DNA from: an uncultured Acidobacteriaceae bacterium
Lineage (GTDB): Bacteria > Acidobacteriota > Terriglobia > Terriglobales > Acidobacteriaceae
Assembly: GCA_964246805.1 (NCBI GenBank)
Contig: CAXTRY010000005.1
Span: 7,472 to 71,471 of the forward strand
Length of the DNA: 64,000 nt
Reading direction: 5' to 3'
Below the pieces are notes generated by a model. It was not told where the DNA came from. It searched no databases and saw only the letters and a program-made list of their open reading frames with translations. Within the stretch, counting starts at the first letter, position 1. Each line of letters starts with the position of its first letter. Shown here piece after piece: positions 19,534 to 30,103 of this stretch. A program made the translations under genes and the position numbers.

Positions 19534-22035
19534 ATGTGGCAACGTGGCTTCATCGTTTTATTGATCGCGTCTTCCTTGTCCGCGCAGACACCCGGGTATT
19601 CCATGCCTGATAGCCTGCCGGTCATCCGCCGTTCCGTGGAAGCTGGGAAGCCGTTTACCGTCGCCGGCGAGCGGGGCGTCATGGCCGGGCAACAGGAGGG
19701 GACCTTTGAGGCCTGGGTGCTGCCGGTCAAGCTTCTCTCGCATTTCGCGATCACGGCCAACGTAGAGGGTTATAGCGTCCCCATCGAACTCAATCAGAAT
19801 GCCGCGGCGATCGAGGTCCGCCCCGACCGCACGATCATTACCTATGCGCATATCGCATTTACCTTGCGGCAAATCATGTTTGCTCCCGATGCCTCGCCCG
19901 AAGGCACCGGAGCGGTCGTCCTCTTTCAAATCGACTCTACTCGCCCGCTCGATCTTACCTTTTCGTTTACACCGGAGGTACGCTCCATGTGGCCCCAGCC
20001 GAATGGCGGACCGCCCTCGGCGGAGTGGGTTCGGCAACCGGGAGGGGAAGGAGGCAGCGGACTCTACATCCTACACACCGATCTGCCGAACCTCGCCGGA
20101 GCGGTTACGATTCCCGGCAGCCAACCCGGTGTCATGGCTCCTTATCAGGAGAAGCCGCGGGTGCATCCGCTCGAATTAAGGCTCCATTACGATCCGAAGC
20201 GGGATGGCTCCCGTTTTTTTCCGCTATTGATGGCCGTTGGCCGTTCGCCCGAAACGTCGACGAACGCGGTGCTTCAAGCCAAACTCCAGCAGCTGGCGTC
20301 CACGCTGCCTCAGCTGTACGCGGCCCATGCGAGCCGGTATGCCTCGCTCGCGCAGAATCTCACTTCGGTTGAAACGCCCGACGCAGCCTTCAACGATGAG
20401 TTTCGCTGGGCGACTCTCGCGATCGAACAGTTGAAGGCGCGGAACAGTTCCGGCGAAACCGCGCTGGTGGCCGGGTATTACTCCTCCGGTGATTCCGCGC
20501 GACCCGGCTTCGGCTGGTTCTTCGGACGTGACGCGCTGTACACGCTCTATGCCGTCAATAACTTCGGCGACTTTGCCCTGAGTCGTGCCGAGCTGAATTT
20601 CCTGGTCGCTCGGCAGCGCGCGGATGGCAAGATCATGCACGAATACTCCCAGACTGCGGACGACACGAAGGCCTACGACTGGCGCGCGTTGCCCTACATG
20701 TACGCCGCCGCCGATGCGACACCATTGTTCATCACACAGATGCTCGACTACGTCAGGGCTTCGGGCGATGTCGAGTTCCTCCGTAAGAACCAGGCAGCAA
20801 TCCAAAAAGCCTGGACGTTTGAGACCGCCACCACGTCCGACACCGATCACGATGGTATCTACGACAATTCGCAAGGCACGGGATGGGTTGAGAGCTGGCC
20901 TACGCCCGCGATGCCGCATCAGGAGATCTATCTTGCGCTATTCGATCAACAGGCGAGCGCCGCGATGGCGGAGCTGGCCACCCTGCTCGGCGATCAGCCG
21001 GCCGCCTCCGCCGCTGCCGGCAGGGCCGCGAAGATCAAGGCGACAATCGAGCGCGAGTACTACGACCCCGCGACGCATGAGTACGCTTTCAGCCGCGGGC
21101 TGGACGGTTCGCTCGACCGCACCCGCACCGTCTATCCGGCGGTGGCCTGGTGGAATGGGCCGGGTGGCGCGCTCGCCCATACGGAAGCCAGCTTGCGTCT
21201 TTGGGCCTCTCGCGATCTCTCGACGGATTGGGGGCTTCGCGACCTGGCCGAGACCGACCCTTTTTATGACCCTATTTCGTACCATCAGGGCTCTGTGTGG
21301 CCACTGTTTACCGGGTGGGCCGCCATGGCGGAGTATCGTACCGCGCATCCACTCTCCGGCTACACGCACCTGATGCAGACGGCCAATTTGACCGTCTCGC
21401 AAGACCTTGGAGCCGTCACCGAGCTGCTCTCCGGTGCCTACTTCACGCCGTTCGGACGCAGCACCTCGCACCAGCTCTGGTCCTCCGCCATGGTGGTCGT
21501 TCCCGCTCTGCGCGGACTCTTTGGCATTGGGGTGGACGCGACACGCCACACGATTGCTCTTTCGCCCACTCTTCCAGCTGCGTGGGATCATGCCGCGGTG
21601 CGTCACCTTCACGCCGGCGCGTCCGTCGTGGACCTCGTCTATCAACGCACCGGCACTACCCTCACCATTGAGGAGCAGCCAGTAACCGGGAATGCCTTGA
21701 AGCTCACAAGCGATCTACCCGGTGCCCATGCGTCGGCTGACGGTACTCGGTTGACGCTCCCGCTCCCGGCTCTTGAAGTTACCGTTCCGCATGATCTTCC
21801 TCAGCCGGGCTCACGCACCATGCAGCCTAAGATACTCAACGAGACGCGTACTCCTCACAGCTATACGCTCGACCTGGAAGCGCAAGGCGGCACCACGCTC
21901 ATCCTTCCCGTGCGCCGCAATGCGTCCGTCCCGCACCTTACGGTAGAGGGCGGAACTCTGCAAGGCAACGCCCTCCGTATCAAGTTCCCCAATGGCGTTA
22001 GCTACCAGCCGCAAACGGTTACGCTGCGCTGGTAG
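19534..22035 (+). CDS. secreted (alpha/alpha)6 glycoside hydrolase, amylo-alpha-1,6-glucosidase/glycogen-debranching-like
   Basis: WFFGRDAL, ADATPLF, YHQGSVWP and HQLWSSA motifs. Confidence 0.85.
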   Translation: MWQRGFIVLLIASSLSAQTPGYSMPDSLPVIRRSVEAGKPFTVAGERGVMAGQQEGTFEAWVLPVKLLSHFAITANVEGYSVPIELNQNAAAIEVRPDRTIITYAHIAFTLRQIMFAPDASPEGTGAVVLFQIDSTRPLDLTFSFTPEVRSMWPQPNGGPPSAEWVRQPGGEGGSGLYILHTDLPNLAGAVTIPGSQPGVMAPYQEKPRVHPLELRLHYDPKRDGSRFFPLLMAVGRSPETSTNAVLQAKLQQLASTLPQLYAAHASRYASLAQNLTSVETPDAAFNDEFRWATLAIEQLKARNSSGETALVAGYYSSGDSARPGFGWFFGRDALYTLYAVNNFGDFALSRAELNFLVARQRADGKIMHEYSQTADDTKAYDWRALPYMYAAADATPLFITQMLDYVRASGDVEFLRKNQAAIQKAWTFETATTSDTDHDGIYDNSQGTGWVESWPTPAMPHQEIYLALFDQQASAAMAELATLLGDQPAASAAAGRAAKIKATIEREYYDPATHEYAFSRGLDGSLDRTRTVYPAVAWWNGPGGALAHTEASLRLWASRDLSTDWGLRDLAETDPFYDPISYHQGSVWPLFTGWAAMAEYRTAHPLSGYTHLMQTANLTVSQDLGAVTELLSGAYFTPFGRSTSHQLWSSAMVVVPALRGLFGIGVDATRHTIALSPTLPAAWDHAAVRHLHAGASVVDLVYQRTGTTLTIEEQPVTGNALKLTSDLPGAHASADGTRLTLPLPALEVTVPHDLPQPGSRTMQPKILNETRTPHSYTLDLEAQGGTTLILPVRRNASVPHLTVEGGTLQGNALRIKFPNGVSYQPQTVTLRW

Positions 22036-22044
22036 GTAGAAATT

Positions 22045-22071
22045 GGTGGCAGGACAAGCGATCCCGCCACC
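22045..22071. terminator. hairpin between convergent genes
   Basis: GGTGGC(A)GGA...TCC(C)GCCACC imperfect inverted repeat. Confidence 0.45.
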
Positions 22072-22078
22072 AGGCTTT

Positions 22079-22840
22079 CTAATGAGGCACCTTCATGGCA
22101 TCGTTGAACTTCTTGAAGAATGCGTTATAGCCGCCGTTCGCCTCCGCATTGCGCAATGGTTTGACTCGTTCCACGCATATCTCGGTCGCCTCGGGCGAGC
22201 TCTTTAGGATACCCATGACCTCGGTAATGAACTCCGCCAGCGGCATCGCGTTCGGGTCTTTGGCCATGCCTGATCCCATCAACTCCGTTTGCACATAGGG
22301 CGGGATAAGCTCCAGAACCTGTATATGAGTCTCTTGCAACTGATATCGCAGCGACTGTGTGTAGGAGTGGATCGCCGCCTTGGTCGCGCAATAGGTGGGT
22401 GTCATTGCCATCGGTATGAAAGCCAGTCCAGACGATACCGTCATGATTGTTGCGTTCATCTGCTTTTTCAACAAAGCCATCAGCGCCGCTGTCAGACGTA
22501 TCGGTCCGAGCAGGTTGGTGGTGATCATGGCCTCCGCATCGGCAATCTTGCCCTCTTGGATCGACTCAGGCCGCATAATGCCAGCCATATGGACGACAGT
22601 GTTGAGCGATGGGAACTCCTGCTCCAGCTGCCGCGCGAAGTCCACAATGGCGTCGCTACTTTCGATATCGAGTACCGCAGACTTCATGCCGGGATTCGCC
22701 GCTACAGTTTCGTCCAGCACCTCTTTGCGGCGGCCGGCGATGATGACCTGGTTTCCTTCCGCGTGGAATGCCTCCGCTAAAGCACGCCCTATGCCGGACC
22801 CGCCACCTGTGATCAAGATCGTGTTACCTGTCATTTGCAT
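22079..22840 (-). CDS. SDR oxidoreductase (DltE-like)
   Basis: TGGGSGIG and YCATK motifs; start MQMTGN at 22840 with RBS GGAG. Confidence 0.9.
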   Translation of the reverse strand: MQMTGNTILITGGGSGIGRALAEAFHAEGNQVIIAGRRKEVLDETVAANPGMKSAVLDIESSDAIVDFARQLEQEFPSLNTVVHMAGIMRPESIQEGKIADAEAMITTNLLGPIRLTAALMALLKKQMNATIMTVSSGLAFIPMAMTPTYCATKAAIHSYTQSLRYQLQETHIQVLELIPPYVQTELMGSGMAKDPNAMPLAEFITEVMGILKSSPEATEICVERVKPLRNAEANGGYNAFFKKFNDAMKVPH

Positions 22841-22931
22841 AGTAGTTCTCCTAAAATCGATCGTATGATGACTACAAGCAAACGGGAAGTAGGCACTTTC
22901 ACGCGCCATACGCACCGAAAGGAGAGTGTAT

Positions 22932-23357
22932 ATGCCGATTACACCGGAGTACATGAACGGGGCAATGGAGGAGCATCACGACCCCGAATTGGACGCGATC
23001 GTCCGTGAGACGATTGGCCGCGTGGCGGATAAATGGACCATGCTGGTGCTGGAGGTTCTGGCCGAGCATGGACGGGCTCGCTATACCCGGATCAGTGATC
23101 TAATCGGCGATGTGAGTCAGAAGATGCTGACGAAGACGCTCCGCCAGATGGAAGCCGACGGGCTCGTGACGCGCACCGTCTTTCCGGTGATCCCGCCGCG
23201 CGTCGAGTATGAACTCACGGAGATGGGTCTCTCGCTCGGGGCGGCGTTTTGCGGTGTATGGGTGTGGGCTGAAACGCATCGCGAGGCTATCCTGTGTGCC
23301 CGAAGCGAGTTTAAGCAGCGACTTGTCCAAACCAAAGTCACTTCGCCCGCGCGGTAA
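22932..23357 (+). CDS. HxlR-family winged-helix transcriptional regulator
   Basis: DKWTMLVL, SQKMLTKTLR and PPRVEYELT motifs; divergent from the SDR gene. Confidence 0.9.
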   Translation: MPITPEYMNGAMEEHHDPELDAIVRETIGRVADKWTMLVLEVLAEHGRARYTRISDLIGDVSQKMLTKTLRQMEADGLVTRTVFPVIPPRVEYELTEMGLSLGAAFCGVWVWAETHREAILCARSEFKQRLVQTKVTSPAR

Positions 23358-24984
23358 GCCCTTCCATCATCACGTACACACCGTTTGTCCAGCCGAAGCC
23401 CACTACGTTGCTCTTGTAGCCAGCCGCGACCTTCACATTGTCCGATCCGCTGATCACGTTGTACTTCTCGCGAATGGTTCCGTCCGCCAGGAAATTGTCG
23501 CGCACCGTTGCCATGAAGTTCCGCGAGACACGTACCGCGTCTTCCCGGTAGCCATAGCGGACTAGTCCGCTCACCGCCAGCCAATTCGTAGGTGCCCAGC
23601 CGAAAGGCGAATCCCATTGAACGCCGGACTCCGTGGTGCTCATCGCCAGACCACCTTCATGCTCAAACTCAGGAAGTTTGGCGTGCATTGCCGCCGCCTG
23701 CTCCTTGCTCGCCATGCCTGCCCATAAGGGATAGAAGGCTGTCACATAGTCGTAACGGGACTGCTCGCGCGCGGCGAACTGATAGTCCTCGTAAATACCC
23801 TTTTCCGCGTTCCAAAGATACTTGTTCGCCGCCGTCCTGCGAGCGGCCGCGCGCTTCTCCCAGGTCGTCTTCTCGGATGCTTTACCAAGAACGCCGGCAA
23901 AGTACGCCATGTCCATCTCGTACTTATAGAGAAGACTGTTCAGGCATACCGGCGCGTACTGATCCGTCGAGCCGGAGAACGGACCGAAGCGGAAGGTGGT
24001 GTCGAAGCCCGATTCGCGCATGGCCCGATCGCCGCGATAGAAGGCCGCGCTGAGCCGAAGCCCATGCACGTGTGCCCGCTCGCAGACCTTTGAGACACGC
24101 ACATCGCAGCTGACTTCGGCCAGCATGTCCACCTGCGCGGCGGTCGGCTGATCGGGCGCATCCACCAGATACGGTTTGCCCTCCGCGAGATGCGACGCCA
24201 TCCATCGAATCACATCCGGATAGTACTCGCTGTCGTCGGCCATCTCCGGTACCGGACCGGCACCTATGTCTTCATACCGGGCGAGCCCTGTGTCTCCGGC
24301 GCGATGTACGGGCGAGATCCACAGCCTGTAATCGCGCGACGCATAGCGGTACGCCTTTGCCAACCAGACTTTATCGCCGCCCTTTTGGGGCCACACTTCG
24401 CGCATCATGGAGGTCAGCAGCGGCGGTTGGGAGCGGGTAAAGAAGTAAGTGCGGTTGGCGTTCAAAAGAGCGCCGTAGTTTTCAATCTCGAAGAAGAAAT
24501 TATCGACCATCCCCTTTGCCAACTCCGTTCGTCCATCCGCTACTAGGCCAAGGATGATGAAGTAGCTGTCCCACCCATACATCTCGTTAAAACGGCCGCC
24601 GGGCACGACATAGGGATGCGGCAGATAGAGCAAGCCTTCCTTCGGGATCTCGGAGACCTTTACGTCGCCCATCCGCGCGATCTTGCGCGGTAGATGGGCG
24701 ACTTCCACTTTGCATTGGCCCTGCATCGCGGCCACGGCTGGAGGCGTAACCATGCCGACGGGAAGGTAGAGGATCGGCACGGTCGTCACCTTGAGGTCGA
24801 CGACCGACTTGCACTCCGACATGGAACGCGAAAGGGTATCCCAGCTGCCATGGATGTAATCCGCTATCTTAGCGCTGCCGTTTGCAGCCGCGACAGAGGT
24901 TTGGGCACTCGAAGCAATCGCGAGAGAACCCGCCAACACTCCACAAACCACACTGCGTAACATCACTTGGACCGCCGTTCTCAC
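23338..24984 (-). CDS. secreted trehalase (GH37)
   Basis: PGGRFNEMYGWDSYF, RSQPP, ESGFD, QWDSPFGWAP and GFGWTNG motifs. Confidence 0.93.
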   Translation of the reverse strand: MRTAVQVMLRSVVCGVLAGSLAIASSAQTSVAAANGSAKIADYIHGSWDTLSRSMSECKSVVDLKVTTVPILYLPVGMVTPPAVAAMQGQCKVEVAHLPRKIARMGDVKVSEIPKEGLLYLPHPYVVPGGRFNEMYGWDSYFIILGLVADGRTELAKGMVDNFFFEIENYGALLNANRTYFFTRSQPPLLTSMMREVWPQKGGDKVWLAKAYRYASRDYRLWISPVHRAGDTGLARYEDIGAGPVPEMADDSEYYPDVIRWMASHLAEGKPYLVDAPDQPTAAQVDMLAEVSCDVRVSKVCERAHVHGLRLSAAFYRGDRAMRESGFDTTFRFGPFSGSTDQYAPVCLNSLLYKYEMDMAYFAGVLGKASEKTTWEKRAAARRTAANKYLWNAEKGIYEDYQFAAREQSRYDYVTAFYPLWAGMASKEQAAAMHAKLPEFEHEGGLAMSTTESGVQWDSPFGWAPTNWLAVSGLVRYGYREDAVRVSRNFMATVRDNFLADGTIREKYNVISGSDNVKVAAGYKSNVVGFGWTNGVYVMMEGLTARAK

Positions 24985-26714
24985 TTCGCTACTTGCCCTA
25001 TCTCGCCCATCCAGCTGGCAAACGCCGGGAGCACCATCTTCTTCAAGCTGACGCCTGTCTCTAGCAAGGGCGTGTCGGTCGCGAGCGTCTGGACAGAGCC
25101 GCCCGGCACGTCAAGCGAGACAGTCTGCTTCCGCGCGGAGCAGTTTACCGATACCACCACCATGCTGCCGTCCGCCGCTTTCCTCAGGTATGAGATTACG
25201 GAAGGGTTCGTCAAGTCGAGCATCGTCATCGAGCCATCGCGCAGCGCGGCATTTTCCCGCCGCAGCGCAATCAGCTTCTTATGCCAGTTCAATAATGAAT
25301 CCGCTTCGCCTGTTTCCACCTGCACGTTGACGGCCTTGTAGTCCGCCGCGATGGGTAGCCATGTCGTCTTCGCGGTTGAAAACCCCGCATCGAAGCCGGG
25401 CGTCCACTGCATGGGGGTGCGTTCTCCGTCTCTGCCCTTCTCCTTGGGCCAGCCGGTGATGCCGATCGGATCCTTTACGTCTTCCTTGCGCGTGGGCGTG
25501 GAGGTGACCATCCCGAGCTCTTCGCCGTAGTACATCAGCGCGGTCGAGCGCGTGGTGAACAGCAGCGTCGCAAGCATCTTCGCGATCTGCTGATCGTGGA
25601 TGCCATCGCCATACCGGTTCCAGCTGCGTTCATTGTCGTGGTTGTCGAAGACGAAGAGCGGCTGGTTGGCGCCAATCTGCGTTTCGGCGTCGTTGATGCG
25701 CCGCCGCAGCAGACCGGCGTCCAGCCTGTTGGTGAAGCCGACCTGCATATCCATGGGCAGCTGGAGCTCGTCCTGCTTGTCGCCGCCGTACCACTTATTC
25801 AACTCCGCTACGTTCGGCAGATACGTCTCTCCGATGAGCACCCGACCGCCGGGATAGCTGTCTGCCACCTTCCGCAGACGCCGCATGACGTCATGCACCT
25901 CGGGCAGGTTGTTCGTGTATCGGTCGCTCACGATGGGATCGCCCTGCGCGTTCAGGCCGCCCAGCACCGGGTTATCGCGCAGCTGAACATCTTCGAACAT
26001 ATTCGGAATGGCGTCGAACCGGAAGCCCATGACGCCTTTGTCGAGCCAGAACCGCACTACATCGAACATAGCTTTCTCGACCGCCGGATCGCGCCAGTTC
26101 AGGTCGGGCTGCTGTTTATAGAACTCGTGATAATAAAATTGTTTACGCGCCGGCACCCACTGCCAGGCCGAGCCGCCGAAACCGCTGATCCAGTTGTTCG
26201 GCGGGATCGGCTTGCCCGCCGGGTCATAGCCCTTGGGGTCTTGCCAGACGTACCAGTCGGCCTTCGGGTTTGTCCTAGAGCTCGCGGAATCGAGAAACCA
26301 GGCGTGCCGGTCCGAGGTGTGGTTCATCACCATGTCCAGCACGATGCCGATGTGTCTGGCCTTCGCCGCGGCCAGCATCCGGTCGAAGTCGGCCATCGAG
26401 CCATACTGCGGATCGACTGCTTCATAGTCGGAGATGTCGTAGCCGAAGTCCACCTGCGGCGAGGGGAACATCGGTGAGAGCCATACCGCATCGACACCGA
26501 GAGATTGAAGGTAGTCCAGCCGTTGGGTGATTCCGTTCAGGTCGCCGATACCGTCGCCGTTCGAATCCTGGAAGCTGCGCGGGTAGATCTCATAGAGTAC
26601 GGCGTGCTTCCACCATGGGTCGTGCGCGGATGCCGTCGCCGCCTGCCCCCATCCTGCCGTAGCCGCAAGCGCAGCCACCGCCAAAACGCCCGCGCGCCAT
26701 CTCGACCAAGCCAT
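24981..26714 (-). CDS. secreted GH13 alpha-glucosidase/oligo-1,6-glucosidase
   Basis: YEIYPRSFQDSNGDGIGDL, NHTSD, GFRFDA and DNHD motifs; likely start MAWSRW at 26714. Confidence 0.92.
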   Translation of the reverse strand: MAWSRWRAGVLAVAALAATAGWGQAATASAHDPWWKHAVLYEIYPRSFQDSNGDGIGDLNGITQRLDYLQSLGVDAVWLSPMFPSPQVDFGYDISDYEAVDPQYGSMADFDRMLAAAKARHIGIVLDMVMNHTSDRHAWFLDSASSRTNPKADWYVWQDPKGYDPAGKPIPPNNWISGFGGSAWQWVPARKQFYYHEFYKQQPDLNWRDPAVEKAMFDVVRFWLDKGVMGFRFDAIPNMFEDVQLRDNPVLGGLNAQGDPIVSDRYTNNLPEVHDVMRRLRKVADSYPGGRVLIGETYLPNVAELNKWYGGDKQDELQLPMDMQVGFTNRLDAGLLRRRINDAETQIGANQPLFVFDNHDNERSWNRYGDGIHDQQIAKMLATLLFTTRSTALMYYGEELGMVTSTPTRKEDVKDPIGITGWPKEKGRDGERTPMQWTPGFDAGFSTAKTTWLPIAADYKAVNVQVETGEADSLLNWHKKLIALRRENAALRDGSMTMLDLTNPSVISYLRKAADGSMVVVSVNCSARKQTVSLDVPGGSVQTLATDTPLLETGVSLKKMVLPAFASWMGEIGQVAK

Positions 26715-26780
26715 CGTATACGCCCTCGCAACACCGCTAAACCATATCATTCCGTCTACAGGCCGCGATAGACGCCGAGG

Positions 26781-26843
26781 GTGGACTTCAAACCGTCGAT
26801 TGTGAACTTCAAACCGCCGATGGTGCACTTCAAACCTTCGATG
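26781..26843. repeat. three tandem copies of a 21-bp repeat
   Basis: GTGGACTTCAAACCGTCGATT / GTGAACTTCAAACCGCCGATG / GTGCACTTCAAACCTTCGATG. Confidence 0.9.
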
Positions 26844-26905
26844 GACTCTAATTCCGTTTATACCCGTTATGATCAAAACGCCGAGCTAATCGGCTCCGAC
26901 GCTTT

Positions 26906-28738
26906 ATGAAAGCTAACCACGTTATGCTCCGTACCATTGTTTTTCTGCTGCTCGCTACCGCTCTTCACGCACAGAATCCGCTGGAATCGAATGATCGCAA
27001 GCAGCAGGAGGGCGCGCAGCCACCAGCCGCCGGCGGCTCGGCTACAGGTACGCCGCAACCCGCCGTGCTGGATAGCAACAAGCGCCCCATCACCGCCGGT
27101 GGGTTTGTCAAATCCGGTCCCGTGGTTTTTGAGGACATCGCGGACAAAGCCGGGCTAGCCACCTGGCACCATCGCATGGGCTCGCCCGAGAAGAAGTACA
27201 TTCTCGATAGCATCGGCTCGGGCGTTGCGCTGCTGGATTACGACAATGACGGCTGGCTCGACATCTATCTGGTCAATGGCGCCACGGACGCCTCGTTGGC
27301 TGGGAAGGAGCCCGCGCCCCATGCGGCCCTCTTCCACAACAATCATGATGGGACGTTTACCGACGTGGCGGTTAAAGCGGGAGTACAGAACGACCGTTGG
27401 GGCTTCGGTGTGGCCGTCGGCGACTATGACAACGACGGCTGGCCGGACCTCTATGTCTCGAACTTCGGCAAGAACCGCCTCTTCCACAACAATCGTAACG
27501 GGACGTTTACCGACGTGGCGGCAAAGGCCGGCGTGGAGCTTGGCAACTGGTCTACCGGCGTGACCTGGGGCGACTACGACGGCGATGGACGGCTCGACCT
27601 CTTTGTCGCGGGATACGTCCACTACGATCTGGCTCAGCAGCCGGAACCCGACGGAAAGGTTGCGTTTTGCGAGTTCCGCGGCGTAAAGACGATGTGCGGC
27701 CCGCGCGGTCTGCCCGGGGAGCACGACCATCTCTTCCATAACAACGGCGACGGCACCTTCACCGATGTTTCAGTCAAGGCGGGAGTGAGCGATCCGGGCG
27801 GCTACTATGGGCTTGGCGCGGCCTTTGTGGACATCAACAACGATGGCAAGCCCGACCTGCTCGTCGCCAATGACTCTACACCGAACTTCCTTTACCTGAA
27901 CAAGGGCGACGGCACGTTCGAAGACGTATCGTATGCCTCAGGCTATGCGTTGAACAAGGATGGCCGCGAAACGGCGTCGATGGGCATCGCTATCGGCGAC
28001 TTTCGCAACAATGGCCTGCTGGACCTCTATCACACCACGTTTTCGGATGACTACAAGCCGCTTTACCGCAACGACGGCGATGCCAACTTCACCGACATCG
28101 CCTACGACGCCAATATCGCCGAGGTCTCCATCCCATTTCTAGGCTGGGGCACGAGCTTTCTGGACTACGACAACGATGGCTGGCTTGACCTCCTCACCGT
28201 CAATGGCCACATCTATCGCAATGCCGACGTGAGTCCGTGGGGCACCTCGTATGCGCAACGCCCGCTGCTGTTCCACAATGAGAAGGGGCAGAAATTCTCG
28301 CTCGTACCCGCCGTCGAAGGTACCGGCCTTGCCCATGTGATGGTCTCGCGCGGCATGGCCGTCGGCGATCTATTCAACGACGGCCATCTGGACGGCGTCG
28401 TGAACAATATGGATTCCGCCCCGGCCCTCCTCCGCAATGTCTCGGATGACAAGCATCACTGGGTAGCCTTCCACTTGATCGGCGGTCCGAAGAGCCCGCG
28501 GGATGCCATCGGCGCCACGCTGTATCTCACGGCGAATGGCATGACGCAGCGCGCCGACATTATCGCCGGAGGCTCCTTCGCGAGCAGCCCCGACCCCCGG
28601 CCTCACTTTGGCCTCGGCTCCGCCACGACGGTCGACAAGCTGGAGATTCATTGGCCCAGCGGCATGAAAGAGATGGTTGCCGTACCCGCGATCGATGCCA
28701 TCATCACGCTCACCGAAGGAAAGGGTGCCGCCAAGTAG
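26906..28738 (+). CDS. CRTAC1-family protein (FG-GAP repeats plus ASPIC/UnbV domain)
   Basis: DYDNDG repeats, RDAIGA...HFGLG; signal peptide. Confidence 0.9.
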   Translation: MKANHVMLRTIVFLLLATALHAQNPLESNDRKQQEGAQPPAAGGSATGTPQPAVLDSNKRPITAGGFVKSGPVVFEDIADKAGLATWHHRMGSPEKKYILDSIGSGVALLDYDNDGWLDIYLVNGATDASLAGKEPAPHAALFHNNHDGTFTDVAVKAGVQNDRWGFGVAVGDYDNDGWPDLYVSNFGKNRLFHNNRNGTFTDVAAKAGVELGNWSTGVTWGDYDGDGRLDLFVAGYVHYDLAQQPEPDGKVAFCEFRGVKTMCGPRGLPGEHDHLFHNNGDGTFTDVSVKAGVSDPGGYYGLGAAFVDINNDGKPDLLVANDSTPNFLYLNKGDGTFEDVSYASGYALNKDGRETASMGIAIGDFRNNGLLDLYHTTFSDDYKPLYRNDGDANFTDIAYDANIAEVSIPFLGWGTSFLDYDNDGWLDLLTVNGHIYRNADVSPWGTSYAQRPLLFHNEKGQKFSLVPAVEGTGLAHVMVSRGMAVGDLFNDGHLDGVVNNMDSAPALLRNVSDDKHHWVAFHLIGGPKSPRDAIGATLYLTANGMTQRADIIAGGSFASSPDPRPHFGLGSATTVDKLEIHWPSGMKEMVAVPAIDAIITLTEGKGAAK

Positions 28739-29956
28739 CTAGACCAGCGAGGCTAGGGAGACTGGACGTGTCCGGGTGGCCTTTAGCCCGCAGAGAATCT
28801 CGTAAGGGATGGTCCGGGCAATCGCCGCGTGATCTTCAGCTGTAATGCCTTCGCCCAGAAGGATAACGTCCTCGCCAACATCTGCGCCTTCGATTCCGGT
28901 TACATCGATCGTCGTCAGGTTCATGGAGATGCGTCCGATGATTGGCGCGCACCGGCCTTGCACCATCACCCACCCTCCCGGCTTGGCGTTGGTTGAGGAG
29001 AGCTCACGCCGCAAGCCGTCCGCATACCCGACCGGCAGCAGAGCAAGCCGCATCGGATGCGCGGCCACGAAGCTGCCGTTGTAGCCGATGCGCGTACCGC
29101 CCGGGACCTCGGTAATGCTTACAATGCGCGTCTTCCACGTCATTACGGGCGAGACGATACGCGCCAGCCGCACGGTCTCTTCGCCATCGCTCGCGACCAG
29201 CCCTTTGAGCGGCAGCGCGTAGCCGTAAAGTCCCAATCCGGCCCGTGCCATTGTCCGCGCGCCCACACTGTCCGCGATCCCCCGTAGCCAGTGCAGCGTC
29301 CCACCATCGGCACCATTATCGAGTGCGGAGGTGTTGCCCGCATGGACCCACCGTGGCCGCGATCCTACTGTCGCGATCATCGCCATTGCCGCTTCGAACT
29401 GCTCCCGCTGTGCTTCGGTCTGCGCCGCCCCGGCAATCTCCGCCGAAGCGAAGTGCGTCATCACACCGTCGAGCCTGATGCTGGACTCCCGAAGCAAATA
29501 CTCCAACACAGGGGGTAGATCGCGGATGGCCACCCCTTGCCGCGACATTCCCGAGTCGATCTCCAGATGTACCGGGACCGGCGCTGTTCCCGCTGCCGCC
29601 GCCAAGTCCCGCATTTGCTCGACCGTCCAGACGGCGGGAGTCAGCTTTTCCCGCACGAGAAGCGGGGCATCTTCCGGCAAATGGCCGCACATAACCAGAA
29701 TCTCCGGCTGTGCAACACCTTCGTCGAATAAAACCCGGCGGACCAGCGCACCCTCCGCCGCATCCGTCACGCCCAACCACTTCGCACCCGCGCGCGCCAG
29801 CACGGGAGCACATACCCCCGCGCCATGTCCGTAGGCATTCGCCTTTACCACGGCGAGCAGCGCCGCGTCCGGTCTCGTCTCATGCTCCAAAACTGTTCGG
29901 GCCCGCTGGTAGTTCTCAGCCAGCCGCTCTTCAGATATTTCAATCCAACTCTTCAC
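28739..29956 (-). CDS. alr: alanine racemase
   Basis: AVVKANAYGHG, GYADG and IPYEILC motifs. Confidence 0.95.
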   Translation of the reverse strand: MKSWIEISEERLAENYQRARTVLEHETRPDAALLAVVKANAYGHGAGVCAPVLARAGAKWLGVTDAAEGALVRRVLFDEGVAQPEILVMCGHLPEDAPLLVREKLTPAVWTVEQMRDLAAAAGTAPVPVHLEIDSGMSRQGVAIRDLPPVLEYLLRESSIRLDGVMTHFASAEIAGAAQTEAQREQFEAAMAMIATVGSRPRWVHAGNTSALDNGADGGTLHWLRGIADSVGARTMARAGLGLYGYALPLKGLVASDGEETVRLARIVSPVMTWKTRIVSITEVPGGTRIGYNGSFVAAHPMRLALLPVGYADGLRRELSSTNAKPGGWVMVQGRCAPIIGRISMNLTTIDVTGIEGADVGEDVILLGEGITAEDHAAIARTIPYEILCGLKATRTRPVSLASLV

Positions 29957-30103
29957 GCTTAATGTCCTATACCGATGGTACCGCCGTGCCAGTGGGCCGC
30001 AAGGCAGCTCTCCATGGCGAAAATTAACGAGCGCAACGGCGATCTACCCGTCTGCCTATATAGAAGGGAACTACACTTCGTGACTTCAATCGAGGAATGC
30101 AGC

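Noticed and set aside
26781-26843. CRISPR array
   Set aside because: The repeats are contiguous with no spacers, there are only three copies, and no cas genes are present.
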